The translations under genes and the position numbers were made by a program. Positions 13,380 through 26,199 of a stretch of 64,000 nt of DNA are shown piece after piece. The notes beneath the pieces are model-generated. The model had not been told where the DNA came from, made no database searches, and saw nothing but the letters and a program-made list of their open reading frames with translations. Each line of letters starts with the position of its first letter. Position 1 is the stretch's first letter. Origin of the DNA: the human T2T-CHM13v2.0 reference genome, Homo sapiens; assembly GCF_009914755.1 (NCBI RefSeq), contig NC_060947.1; one strand, 5' to 3'.

Positions 13380-14225
13380 TTCTAAACAAGTTTAATAAAT
13401 TGTTTAATGAAATATACACACAGAAGAATACATATAATATATGTATAATAAAATTGCCACTGATTCCAAGGAATAGAACATGGCCAGCACCCCAAGGAAC
13501 CCCAATATATCCCTCCCAATTAATAGCCTTCCCTTTAGAGATAATCACTTTCCTGTCTATATATGTATATATGTTTTCCTGAACACTGTGGAGTTGAGTT
13601 TTGCCTGTTTGGCGAACTTTATGTGAATGGAGTATTATGTATTCCTCTGCATCTTATTTCTTTCCTTCAATATCATATTTGTGAGATTCATACATATTGT
13701 CTTGTGTAGTTGTAATTTGTCCATTGTTGTTACTGTATAGTATTTCAGTATATTAATATACTCAATTTACTCATTCATATTAATATACTCAATTTACTCA
13801 TTCTTTTCTTGATAAAGCTTAGTTTTTTTTTTCCTCCAGTTTGGAATTACCAGGGACACAGCTATATAAATCCCCTGTGCCTACTTCCTTGTGCTCGTAA
13901 GCCAGACCTTTTCTAGATTATATAGTTAAATGTGGAATTGCTGCCATAAGGTATATCACTATTCAAGTCTATAATATAATGCTAATATGTTTTCATTGAA
14001 TGACTACATCAATTTACATTTCCACCAGGAATGTATGAATTCCTATTAATATGCCAGTCTCTTCCATACTTATTATAGTGTTATCAGATTTTTTAAATGT
14101 TTGCCAATATGGTGGATATTATAAAGAAGGACTTTATTGAAGTCTTAATTTTCAATTCCTTTATTACACTGAGGCTTGGTATTTATTTATATATTTATTA
14201 GACTTATAAATTTCATCTTTTGTGA
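13380..14225 (-). mobile_element. L1ME-type 3' fragment
   Basis: tttgtgagattcatacatattgt...caatttacatttccaccagga...ttttgtgaagt. Confidence 0.7.
13750..13803. repeat. Perfect 27-bp tandem duplication
   Basis: atattaatatactcaatttactcattc x2. Confidence 0.97.
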
Positions 14226-14226
14226 A

Positions 14227-14592
14227 GTCCAGGGTTCCCTTAACAGCAGAACCTGGGACCAAAGGCTATATAGGAGTAGTTTATTTTGAGAACGTGATTC
14301 AGGAAGCAAGACTGAGAGACTGAGGGAGCCAAGCAGGGAACATGAGGAAGCCAGATAAATAGAAGATTCATTCCTATTCTCATATGTAAACGCTAAGAGG
14401 ATTCCTCACTATGGTCCTCATCGTTGTATCAGAGAAATCCTGGAGTAGGAAATGTGAGATCCGTTGGCAAGTATAGTCAGATTGTACATACGTAAAGCTG
14501 GTTGAAGCCAAGTGGAATTAGTTCATACAGCAGTGGCTAAGTAAGAACTGAGGCCAAGAAATTTGAAATAGGGCACAAGATATGTCAAACAC
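14227..14592 (-). mobile_element. Ancient ERVL LTR (LTR41/LTR52/LTR33-like), 3' LTR
   Basis: gtccagggttccc...gtagtttatttt end; PPT-like sequence adjacent at 14593-14620; homologous to 20795-21011. Confidence 0.7.
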
Positions 14593-16540
14593 ATTTCACT
14601 CTATGTACCATTCAGACCCACTCATGTCCTCCATTAAAACCAAGGCATCATAAGGCCTCTTTCAAGGTGACAGTCAACTGCAATCTCTGCAAACACACAA
14701 TACAGTTCTCTGTTACTGCAGATGATCTTATGTCTTTAATTGATATTTTAAAATAATTATCCCACACTTCCATTATTTATTCTAGATCTCTCTTACTCTT
14801 AGTGTATGCTTTGGCTGGTCTAGTTTGCTTGCCTGATAGGGTGACCGAGATCTTCATTGTTTGATCATATTGAGCTGTGGTTGCTGCAATTGCCCACTTG
14901 CCATTAGACCTCGTCTCTTCACAGAAGCACAAAATTTGCTCCATTAAACCCAAGTGTCATGAATGCTAGTTATATTCCTGCCTACCCTCCATAATGTATC
15001 CAAAACCTTAGCTCCTCAAAGTAATCAGAGTTGATTACCCCCACCAGTACAGAATTTGTGGAGCCTGATATTACAGGTGTTAATTACAGCTTTATGTTCA
15101 CTGTAATGCAAGCTTGTCTAACCCATGGCCTGCAGGACACATGCAGCCCAGGAAAGCTTTGAATACAGCCCCAATACACGTTTGTAAACTTTCTTAAAAC
15201 ATTATGAGAATTTTTTTTTTTTGTAATTTTTAAAGGTCATCAGCTGTTGTTAGTGTTAGTGTATTTTGTGTGTGGCCCAAGACTATTCTTCCAATGTGGC
15301 GCTGGGAAGCCAAAAGATTGGCCACCCCTGATGCTTTCCCCCAGTAAAAGAATTTTCCTCTTGAGGATCAGGGCCCCTAATCCAGCAGATTCTAATTTTA
15401 CAGAAAGTCTGCAAGCAGGTCACTGGTAGTGATGGTGAGAGTAGACAAACCTACTTCTACCTCTTGGTTGCTAGGAACAACACCAAATATCAGCTATTGG
15501 TTCAACACATATTCTGTATCCTGGATGATAGCACCCTGATTCAAACTGTTGTCCCTGAGCTGGCAACCTAGCAGAAATTTGTAGGCCATCCCAACTTTGT
15601 ATCAGGCTAGCCTCCTCTGAGTGATGAGGCATATGATGAACCCAGTGAATCCCATTGTCATGTGCTCATTGTCACATGTCATTTCTCATAAAATTGATCC
15701 TGTAGTTTGAGGCAATATAGTGCATAATACTATGTAGATAGATGAAATGTTCTATAGGACTTCAATAGTGATGTTGATGAAGGTAAGACAAATTCATATT
15801 TAGAGAAGATGTCAATTAAATAAAGATAAATCACTGCCTCATCTAGGATAAAAGGACTCCAATATAATCAACCTGGCCTCTAGTGGCTGGCTAGTCTCTT
15901 CAAGAAATGGCATCATATTTAGGACTCAGCATTGGATGCTACATCTTGCAAGTGAGGCACTCAGCAGTAGCAGTAGTTAGATGAACATTAAAGAGGCAGA
16001 GCCCCTGTTGTTGTGCTGATGCATAACCTTTATCCTGGCCATCACACCTACTCTGTTATGGCCATTACTTGGAATTATGAAGGAGAATGTCTGCCTAACA
16101 TCAATAGGAGGAGTCATTCTGTCCATCTTGCATTTAAAAGTTAAATATTGTCACCTGACCTCTAACATTCCATAATCCCATCATCCTCCCAGAAACTAGG
16201 AAACCCAGTTCTGTGGCTGCACCTCCCACTGTTAACTCTCTCTTACAGATAATAATCACCATTGAGCTTCTCAAAGATGCAGTGGCCACCCGACAAGTGA
16301 ATCCCACCACTTTGGGCCTCTAAGTTCTTCCTCAATAGTTTTTTGTTTACGATAGTGACAGATGCCAATAAGTGGGTCTCCTGGATTAGGGAAATTGTGC
16401 ATTTAGAGCTATAGTTGGTTACTCTGAGAGCATTCATTCATTGCAATTAGAAGTTAAGGGTTTTAGTAGTCTTTTCATTGATATACTGTAGGATGTGAGC
16501 CAATCAATTTCCCAAATTTACAAGGTCCGGGGTTGGTATA
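14593..16540 (-). mobile_element. Ancient ERVL internal (pol/integrase relic)
   Basis: Minus strand around 15855-15940 reads as degenerate 'LSP.Y..I...D.PAT.(W)QVD.IG', the ERVL integrase motif. Confidence 0.7.
15109..15330 (-). mobile_element. MER30 (hAT-Charlie MITE)
   Basis: caagcttgtctaaccc...gaagccaaaagattggccacccctg, full length; the expected 8-bp TSD is not recognisable. Confidence 0.92.
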
Positions 16541-16546
16541 GTTTCC

Positions 16547-16650
16547 CATCCCCAGCCATGTGGAACTATGAGTCAATTCAACCTCTTTCCTTTATAAATT
16601 ACCGTGCCTCAGGTATGTCTTTATTAGCAGTGTGAGAACAGACTAATACA
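16547..16650 (+). mobile_element. THE1/MST LTR 3' fragment
   Basis: ccagccatgtggaact...ctttattagcagtgtgagaacagactaataca. Confidence 0.9.
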
Positions 16651-16829
16651 ATATAGGAAAATATATTGCCCAGAGTACACCCACATGTGACTCAGAGTCC
16701 AGTGTTCTGGCAAGGGTACCTGAAGCCCTTTGTAAAACTCCTTTGGAATGGCTCCTTATAGCTTGGACAAATATAATGACCTAGAGTAAATAATGTAGAA
16801 ATGCCAGAAGTCTTTTGAAAGACTATTTC

Positions 16830-17841
16830 CTTTGACCATGAAGCTTTTTAAAATTCACATCATACTTAGCACCTGTCTCCCAGTCATCTTACGTCTTCTG
16901 AACTTCTTTTGCTAGCTGTTCCTCATATAACTCTTTCTTGATATAACGATCTTAATCCTGTTTTCCTTTTACCCCTTTTTTGAACAAAATCCCTTATGAC
17001 TCTGTGACTCCCAGAAAAGATTTACAAGACACTTCATTAGACAATGCTGAAATACCATGGTTTACAAATGACTCATATGTAAAGATGACATGGCAAAAAC
17101 TGTGAAGGATGTGAAATTACTACTTCTTTTGAAGTCATGAGGCTTTTTTCTATGGCTACTAATGGCGATCTAGTAACAATTACCAAAAATGCACAAAATT
17201 GGGCACTAGAACCAAAGAAACAAAATTTGAGTAATGGCTGCTGGTTTGATGATCTAAAAGAACTCTAATTTGGACTGGATAACAAACCATTTCTCTCAAA
17301 TCCAATCAACAACAATACAGAATCTGGCTCATTGAGTAACTGACTAAATAATTTCTTTATAAAACAACATTGGTAATGTGACATAAAGAAAGCTGCCGAA
17401 AGTGCTTATTTGGCTTGCACCACCTGTCCTAAATTTAATCCAGGAACACATTAACACACCACTTGTGGATATTTTAAATTATGTATTGGGTTTTGGCAAA
17501 TGGATATTATCCAACTCCCCACCCTTCTGTGTGTATATATATGTAATGGTTATGATGTGTATGTTTTCCCATTGCATGGAAATCTTTCCTTATAGACAAG
17601 CTGCTGCTTCAACCATAGACAAAATTTTTCAAGAAAAATTATCCCCACTTGGGGAGCTCCCCTTGAACTTTGTAGTGACTGGGGAACTCACTTTACTGAC
17701 TATATAATAAAACAGGTACATTCAGCTTGACCAATATTGTGGCATTTTCATTATATCTACAATCCCTAATCCTCTGACTGGGTAGAACAAACAAACAGAA
17801 TTCTACTGCACTCCAGCCTGGGCAACAGAGTGAGACTCTGT

Positions 17842-17889
<48 letters not shown>

Positions 17890-19999
17890 GTTGGAAGAAT
17901 GTATGGAAATTTTACACCCTCCCTGGCCTAAGGTTTTCCTTTGGTAATTGAGAGCTACTCCCTTTGGAACTCACAAGCTTTTGCCTACTAAAATAACCAC
18001 AGGCCATCCTATGCACTTAGCTTCCTCTACTTTTGAATCCCAGTTGATAAAAGGAGATATACTAGAATACTGTAAAGACATTATTAAAACAAAGAATAAA
18101 AAATATACTTTTGTAGGAAAATCTTTCCATAGTGTTTTCTTTGGAGACAAAGACCTAAAGCAATAGGATTTACTGCCTGGTAACTTTGTCTACTGAAAAA
18201 AACACCTACATAAGGACTCTTTCCAGCCTCAATGGAAGGGCCCATATCAAGGCCTTCTCACCTATCCCTGTGCTATCAACCTCAAAGGTATTGACTCTTG
18301 TTTCCACATCTCTCACCTAAAAATGTTTCTACCCCTGACCCTGATTGGACCAGCATTCCAACAGGTGATTTAAAGCTAAAGCTCATCCAGAATTGAAGTG
18401 GATTGCATCTGAAGTAGACTGCTATCCCAAGATGTCTGAACCATGCCAGTACGTCCTTTTATTATTGGTCTCTTCTTAAGTGCTTTCATTTTCCTGGAGA
18501 GGCAATGCTCTAACTCATATTTCCCAATCTATTATCAAAGGGAGATATTTAACTGACTGTTGGATCTGTTACCAAAAACCCAGATCTGTCCATGATGCAA
18601 GTGAACCTCTAGTTCACCTGATAACATATTTGTCTAGTGTTCCCACTCCATCTGTTTGTTCAAATTGTACTTCATTTTTCTTTTGCAATGTCAAGCTTTC
18701 GAGCCTACATATTCAGATTCCCTGCTTTATGCCGAGTATCTAAAGCCTACAAAAAATTTAAAATGCATATTAAGATTATGTAAAGAAAAGTATAGTGATA
18801 AGATTCAAGATAAGATAAATTTCACAGATTTTAAAACATTTATAACCCTAGTTTTCTCATTAAAGACGGCTTTCAACAATGCCATAGTTCAATAATAGAA
18901 CCTTGGATAAATATTACTGGCACCTTCCTATGAATGACTGTAAATGCAGCAGGTACTCCACATGTAATTACCTGTTGTTTCTCATCAGGATACATTTCAA
19001 TCTGTGAGAGATTTAACAGTCAACCTTATTTATGGCCAACACCATGTCTCAACAAATGAAAAATAAAACACCAATATGTTTTATTCTGTTTCTGGATTCA
19101 AGTTAAACTAACAACATCGCGACACCGATTCACACCTCTTAACTTGCACCATCATATTTAAAGAGATACTCCACCAGGTGACACAAATTCAGCAGAATAG
19201 GCTTCAGATGTTAGATCCTGCTTTGTTTTTTTTTTTTTCTCTTGGATCAAAGGACTCACTTAGAAACAATGGTGAGAAATTTCTACTTTACAATTCGATC
19301 TATAACCAACTCCACAACTAATGCCGTTGTGGCTCGAAAAACTTTGCTAGATTATCTTGTTTAAATGGTATTAGATAATAGGATTGCTCTAGGTTACTTC
19401 TTAGCTAAACAAAGGTGGCATTTGTGCAATTTCTAACACTACTTGCCACACATGAATCAATTCCTCTGGGGAAATATAAATACAATTATACAAAATAAGA
19501 GAGAAAGTCACCTGGCTCCAACAGGTTACGTCCAACACATCTAAACTTTTCAATCTGTTCAGTTGATTACCTTAAAACTGGGTTAATGGTTTAGAACTAC
19601 TATACAAACTGGATTTATTGTATTTTTGTTGATTATTCATTGCATTGTGATATTTAAGCTCTGTTCTTTTTGACTGTCAAATCTCTGCAAGGATAACTCT
19701 CCCAACAGGAGAATGTTAGGTCAATGCTTCAAAATAATTGCCAATTTCTATGAGACTAATAATATGGAACTTAACACTGGACTTCAGGCAGATCTACCCT
19801 GAGAGGGTATTTTCTTCTAGCCTCTTTATTACTCAAATGTGGCCTGAGTCCCTGACATTGACTTCTCTTGTTTCTGTCTAACTTGGGAACTGACCAACAA
19901 GGATAAATCTCTCCCAGCACTAAGGGATAATGAAGCAAAATTTCAAGGGTAGTTGATCAGTGATGCTTTCAGGGAAAGATATTAATCAAAATGGGAAAA
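16830..19999 (+). mobile_element. ERV1 (MER4-group) internal relic: RNase H, integrase, env
   Basis: RNase H start LQDT.LDNA...WFT; integrase ...QWKGPYQ (18220-18250); env CWIC (18558-18569), ISD VLDNRIAL.Y.LA (19368-) and decayed CX6CC; PPT-like 19985-20000. Confidence 0.88.
17805..17887 (+). mobile_element. Severely 5'-truncated Alu 3' end with (CA)22 tail
   Basis: actgcactccagcctgggcaacagagtgagactctgtctc + (CA)n. Confidence 0.93.
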
Positions 20000-20794
20000 A
20001 GTAAAAGTTGATTTGGAGTCATTCCTGCCATTTCCAATTAAAATATAGTTGAGGGGTCATTGGGGAAAGAAAACACTTGGTCACTGTATTAATCTGTTCT
20101 CATGCTGCTAATAAACACATACTAGAGACTGGGTGATTTATTAAACTAAAGAGTTTTAATGGACTCACAGTTCTACATGGCTGGAGAGGCCTCACAATCA
20201 TGGCAGAAGGCAAAAGAGAAGCAAGGGCACATCTTAAATGGTGGTAGACAAAAGCGAGCTTGTGCAGGGGAACTCCCATTTATAAAATCATCGGACCTCC
20301 TGAGACTTATTCACTACCATGAGAACAGTATGGGGGAAACAGCCCCCACGATTCAATTATCTTCACCTGGCCCTGCCCTCGACACAAGGGATATATTACA
20401 ATTCATGGTGAGATTTGGGTGGGGACACAGTCAAACCATGTTAGTCACAAATGTCAGTTCCAGAAACTCTCACAAGCTCAATCCAATGAAATGGCTTGTT
20501 ATGACCTTAAAACAAGTTTTACTTAGTAACTGCTGCCTCCTATCAATCAGAGCTGAACGACTCCCAGAGACACTGCCAATACCAATGAACTTTCTTTCAA
20601 AACAACTTTCAGTTTTGTATCCAATTTCAGTAAAACCCCATCCCTGTCCTTTGTTCTTTGAACACACTGGAACCACCTCCCCATGGTCTGTGTATGCATG
20701 TCCCAAATTGCAATCTTACTTTTATACATTGCTCCCAAATAAAAACCCTTTTGCTTGTATATTCTTCTCTGCATAATTTTATTTAAGATTGACA
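20000..20794 (+). mobile_element. ERV1 3' LTR (MER65-like, tentative) interrupted by THE1
   Basis: Follows PPT; gtaaaagttg...ggagtca start, AATAAA near 20738, ...ttaagattgaca end. Confidence 0.75.
20085..20443 (-). mobile_element. THE1 (C/D-like) solo LTR
   Basis: Perfect 5-bp TSD GTCAC (20080-20084/20444-20448); characteristic THE1 sequence. Confidence 0.95.
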
Positions 20795-21011
20795 ATGGAT
20801 TCTAAGTGGTTTTCTACTAGCTCTTATACTATGATACCAGAGAAGCCCTTGGATAAGAAAGAAAAGAAGAAAGGTTCACAGTTGAACACAGTCAATCTGT
20901 ACCTGTATGCATCTGGTGGAAGCCTGCATGGAACTGGATGCTATATTGGTGGCGGGAATAAGCAGTGAGGCCAAAAGCATTTGAAATGGTGCAAAAGAGA
21001 TATCTAATACA
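20795..21011 (-). mobile_element. Partial 5' LTR of the ancient ERVL at 14.2 kb
   Basis: Colinear similarity to 14395-14592 (gaggccaa...atttgaaat.g.gca.aaga.at.t..aa.aca). Confidence 0.7.
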
Positions 21012-24000
21012 ATTATTAATTCAAGTTTTTTGCCCTTGTTACAACTCAGACTTACTCAATTTAAACAACCAATCTTATATCTTGTTTACATCTGATTGAA
21101 AAGAATGTGGTCTTCTTCACGCATCTAGTGTACAGCTTATCTAAGGATAGGGGATGGGAGGTAGAATGGAGGAGAAGGGTCAAGTCTTGAAATGTATGTT
21201 TAACTGATGCTATAGTGTTCTCTTTGCTGATCATTGATGCTTTTCTAGTTAATTCCCACTTGTCCTGGATGATCTTTGTGTGTTTAGCATCCAAATACTA
21301 ATTCTGCAGTGAGATAACTGGTTGAGTGAAAAACTAAGAGACCTTACCCCCTGCCTGATGTGAGAGATATCTCTCCGGATAGACAACTTTCCCAGTGCTT
21401 CTGCATGACCTTCTGCCACACGTTGTACACCTCACAGACTTGCTGATCAAACCCAGCTACCTATCACATATTCTCTTTACCCACAGGAAACACATGTATC
21501 CTTAATAAACCTAGTTGATCCACACCCCTTCTTTTTGGCCCTGCCGTGTTTTCCAAATATCCTGTCCTCTGCTTAAGCATAGGGAAAGATCCATAACTCC
21601 ATGCTTCAATGAAAGTCAACCTGAGAATCAAATGTGCTTAATCTTCCTAACAGTATTTCCCACCTTTCTGAGTGGCTCTATTGAAACTTTGTCTTTTTTT
21701 TTCTGGTGCATTGAGGAAAGGTTTAGGATGATTACTGATGACAAATGAGCTAGTTTAGCAGCTTGTCAGTAAGCTCTAGGGGCGTGTGTCCAGCCTCAAT
21801 TATTGGTGACCCCCTTTAGAATGTGGAGATATCTTTTACATCTTTACTTCAGTTGTGGGCCCTACTTTCCAATTCCAGAGCGATAGGAAAGTCTCTTTTG
21901 ATGCCTTGTCATACACACACACAAATACATACAAACACAAACACATTTTTAACTGGAAAGGGATTATACTATTAATGATGTTTTGTGATTGCTCAACAAT
22001 ATTAGAGTCATCATGTGTTTGCCATTATTTTTATTTAAAATAGCTGCATAATGTTTCTCTTTAATAATAGATAACATGACTGATTTAATAAATCTTATAT
22101 TGACAGGTATTTAAGTTGTTTCTAAATTTTTACTTATTTAAACAGCGCCATAATGAAAATCTCTGTGCATGCCTAACTATACTCTCATCTTTTTACTTGT
22201 ATAGACTACATTTTTAAAGTATATTTGATAATTCCAATTAAATATTCTATAAAGGTCCTGCCAAATTGCCCATCAGAGAAATGATACCACTTTACAATGC
22301 AATAAACATTATATAGAAGTGTCTGTAACTTCTCACTCTATTTAACATTGAATTGTTTTCATCTTTTTCATTTTAAGTCACTTAATAGGTGAAAGATTGT
22401 CTTTTGTTACCTCATATACCTATTTGATATGTATCTGTTTTGGAATGATAATCAAGTTTAAATATAGTTAAAATGTATTTTTGAAATTTAAATGGTTTTA
22501 TGCTAAGGATGTTAACCCTTTAGCAAATATGTTACTAATAAGTTTCAAGTTTGACAGTTTTTTCAAATCTTAGTGTTTTCCTGTATTGAAAGTTTAAAAT
22601 TTCTTATATAATCAACCATATCAATCCTTTTCTTATGGATTCTAATTTCCATGAGCTCCATAAGAGTAAAATAAAAAATATCTTCTTCATTATACAATTT
22701 TAAAATATTCACCATTTTTTTAGAATTCACATTGCATTTATATCTTTCAAACATTTGAAAAATCTTTCAAAGTAAGAAATGACATTGTGAATTTAGCTTT
22801 ATTTTTTCCAAATACATAGTAAATTGAGCCAACATTTTTTATTGAATAATGTATATTTTCCTAATGATCTGAAAAATGAATTATATACCAGCTCCCCAGG
22901 TGTAACAGTCTTTCCATGGACTCTCAATTCTGTTTCACTGAAATGTCAGTTCATTTCTGCACTAGCACCACACAATTTTACATATCATAGCATTACATTT
23001 TAACATCTGGTTTGTCAAGCTCCCCAACTAATTATTTTTAATTTTCTGGGTTCTATCAATACATATATATTGAGTAACTACTATGTGCAAGGAATTCTTA
23101 TAGGGACTTGGTATACCTCTGTAAACAAAATTTCTGTCATTATGGTGCTTACATTCCAGTGAATATTTTAATTAATAAGCTCACGATTATTCCTGCATAT
23201 AAATTTAAAAATAATATAATCAAGTTCTCCTCCTAAATCCTAGTTAGTAATTTTATAGAATAATTTGTGAAAAATCATATTATTGCATTATTTAATCTTT
23301 CTAAGTTCTAACTATTTATTGAAGTCTTTATTGTATTCTATAATCAGGCTTTAGATTATTATATGTAAATAGGTTCCTGGATAGTATATATGCTTTTGTT
23401 GTTATTACTAAAGTGAATACCATCTTATAAACTTTCTAATTGATTATTCTCAGTAAATTAGAGAGTTGCTTCATTGAAATTTTGATCTAGGTGTTTTATC
23501 AAACCATTGTATTACCCAAAGTTTTTCAGCTAGTTCCTTGAATCATTGAGATTTACATATATATGATTATATCATTTATAAGTCATAATTTTTCCTCTTT
23601 CTAATTTTATATCCTCTTATTAAAATGCACTGACTACCATTTAAAGATGATTGAAGAAAGCAAAACCTGTTTCACATAGACATTTGATAATAATAGACAT
23701 TAGTAAGTGTTTTGAGGGAATATCCATTTTCCATTGTGAATATAACTAAACAACCATTATTTTTTAAAATTACACATTGCTGAATCTTGTCATGAGGCAA
23801 CAAAAAGACAAACTATTTCATATTGAGGAACATTCTGTAAAATAAATGGCTTAGACCAAAAACTAAGGGTCAGTGTAACTGTCCTGGCTATAAAAGCAAC
23901 ATGATAACCAAATGCAGTGTGCAATTCTTATTTGGGTCCTGGATTTAAAATACAGTTATAAAAGACATTATGTGGGTATTGGGAACACTTGAGTAAGGCG

Positions 24001-25273
24001 TGTATATTAGGTAATAGTATATACTGTATCAATGTTAAATTTCTTGGGAATAATAATTGTAGTGTAGTTATGTAGGAATATGCCTTTTTTCTTAGGAGAA
24101 ATATACCAATGTGTTCAGGAGTAATGTGTCATAATGTGTGCAGCATTGGCATATTTTTTCCAGATTTTAATTGAAATGCTTTCAATGTTAAAGTAAATAT
24201 AATACTGGTTGTTTGAAATAAATAATTTTAATTTTAAGGAATAACATTTTATTCTTCTTATTTAGGATATGTGGGCATAATAAATTTTGAAAACAACAAA
24301 TGCTGTTCTAGCAGTTACCAAAATAAGTACATGGCCTTTCTCCTTGAATTATATTAAATAATAAGAATAAATTTATTAATATTATCATATTTACTCAGTC
24401 ATTGGATGGTATTCTTTAAATGTATCTCTACGTGCAATTTTTTCATATTTTAGTCAGAATTCTGGCCTCTATATCCATAGGTATGATTGTGCTATAGTGC
24501 TCCATTTGAGTGTTAGTTTTGTCAAGAACTTTGCTGGTTTTAAAAACCTTGAGGAACTTTCTTTTTTAAAAATATTTCCTGGAACAGTATAAATAATCTA
24601 GTGAGTATCAATTTCTTAAAAATTATATAAATATACCTGTCAGGTATTCTTATTCAGTATTGATTAATATATAGTTTGGTAAAACTTTTCTGAACAAGAA
24701 TTTGGCAAGATATACAAAAATTTCAACTATATTAATTTATCTTTTATAAATTTACAAAACAATGTATCCACAAGAATGTTTGTCACATTTCAGTGATGTT
24801 TAAAATAATATGCATATCCATCAACATCAGTAAAGTGAAACAGAATCATCACTAGCCATAAGTGATACGCAATATTGGCATCCACGTGGGAGGAAGAAAG
24901 CAAATGGAAACAAGGGGGTGTCTGATGGGTTTGAGTATTTTTTTATTTGCCTTTTACTAGTTTTTGATACATTTCTAATACTGCAGTATAGTCAGAAATG
25001 TAAGCTATAATGTTTTTATATCTTTCAATTTATTGAGGTTCTCTTTTTGGCCTAAGGTATTCTCAAGTTGTTTCAATTACCCAGAGAACCTTCATAATCA
25101 CAAGGGACATTCTCTGAATTCAGGGACAGGTATTTGATAAGCACATGTTATCACTATCTTACTAATTATATTATTCAGTTCATATATATATATATATTTC
25201 CATATGTTTTGCTTAATTGTTCTGAAAAGCAGAGATGTACCATAAATCATTGTTTCTATCAAATTCTATTTGA

Positions 25274-26146
25274 GACTGGGCACGGTGGCTCACACTTGTA
25301 ATCCCAGCACTTTGGGAGGCTGAGGTGTGAAAATTACCTGAGCCCAGGAGTTTGAGACCAGTCTAGGAAAAATGGTGAAACCCTGTTTCTACAAAAAATA
25401 CAAAAATTAGCCAGGCGTGGTGGCATACACCTGTAGTCCCAGTGTTGGAGAAACCAACCCCACACCACCCGGCGGGTACCCCAAGTCCAGCGGAGACAAA
25501 GGAGTTAGAAAGAAACAGAATAAGAGTTCAAAAGGCGGGTCCAGGGGACCGGAGTGTTGGAGGCTTGCTCAGGGCCCAGAGCTCTTGGGCTCCGCCTATT
25601 TATTGGTTTACAAGCTCTTTGTTCTTAGGGCAGATGGGAAGGGTAGGAAGGGATGAGGAAAAGGATTAATCAGTGAAGGAGAACTCGTGAGTCATTCAAT
25701 AAGATGTATAGCAGTGGCGGTTTCTGTGAATTTCCTTGAGCAAAGGCCTGTGTCTAAATTACTTGAGATCTTTAACTTATAAGGACTGAAATGGGTGAGA
25801 GTGGGTTTCAGGAGGAGCTAAGATGTTTGATTATACTCCACTGCTTCAAGGGAGTGTTATCTCCCTGAGCAACCTGTGGAATGCACGGAGCGGTTATGCT
25901 CTCGGGGCATAAAGACATGAAGGCAATAAAGAGACTTTTCTCCTAAGAGGCCGCCCATGGCTCCCTGTGGGTGTCTCGCACAGGGAAGACCAACTCATCT
26001 GGCACCCTAGAAACTCTCTTTCCCACATCCCAACTACTGGGGAGGCTGAGGTTGGAGGACTGCTTGAGCCTCACAAGTGAGGCTGAAATGTGCCAAGATC
26101 ATGTCACTGTACTCCAGCCTGAGGAACAGAGTGAGATTGCCTCAAA
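25274..26146 (+). mobile_element. AluJ split by an LTR14-type insertion
   Basis: Left part to ...ctgtagtcccag (25442), resumes tcccaactactggggaggctgagg (26028). Confidence 0.93.
25443..26027 (-). mobile_element. HERV-K14-type solo LTR (LTR14C-like, 585 bp)
   Basis: Minus strand starts TGTGGGAAAGAGAGTTTC and ends CCAACA; 6-bp TSD tcccag/tcccaa (betaretroviral length); AATAAA on minus at 25599-25604. Confidence 0.9.
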
Positions 26147-26199
26147 ATTCTTTTAAAAAGATTTTGTAATTTCAGAAGATTTCAACATGTATTATCTTG

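Noticed and set aside
20159-20776. 205-aa ORF
   Set aside because: It runs through an antisense THE1 LTR into an ERV1 LTR; a chance open frame with no protein-like features.
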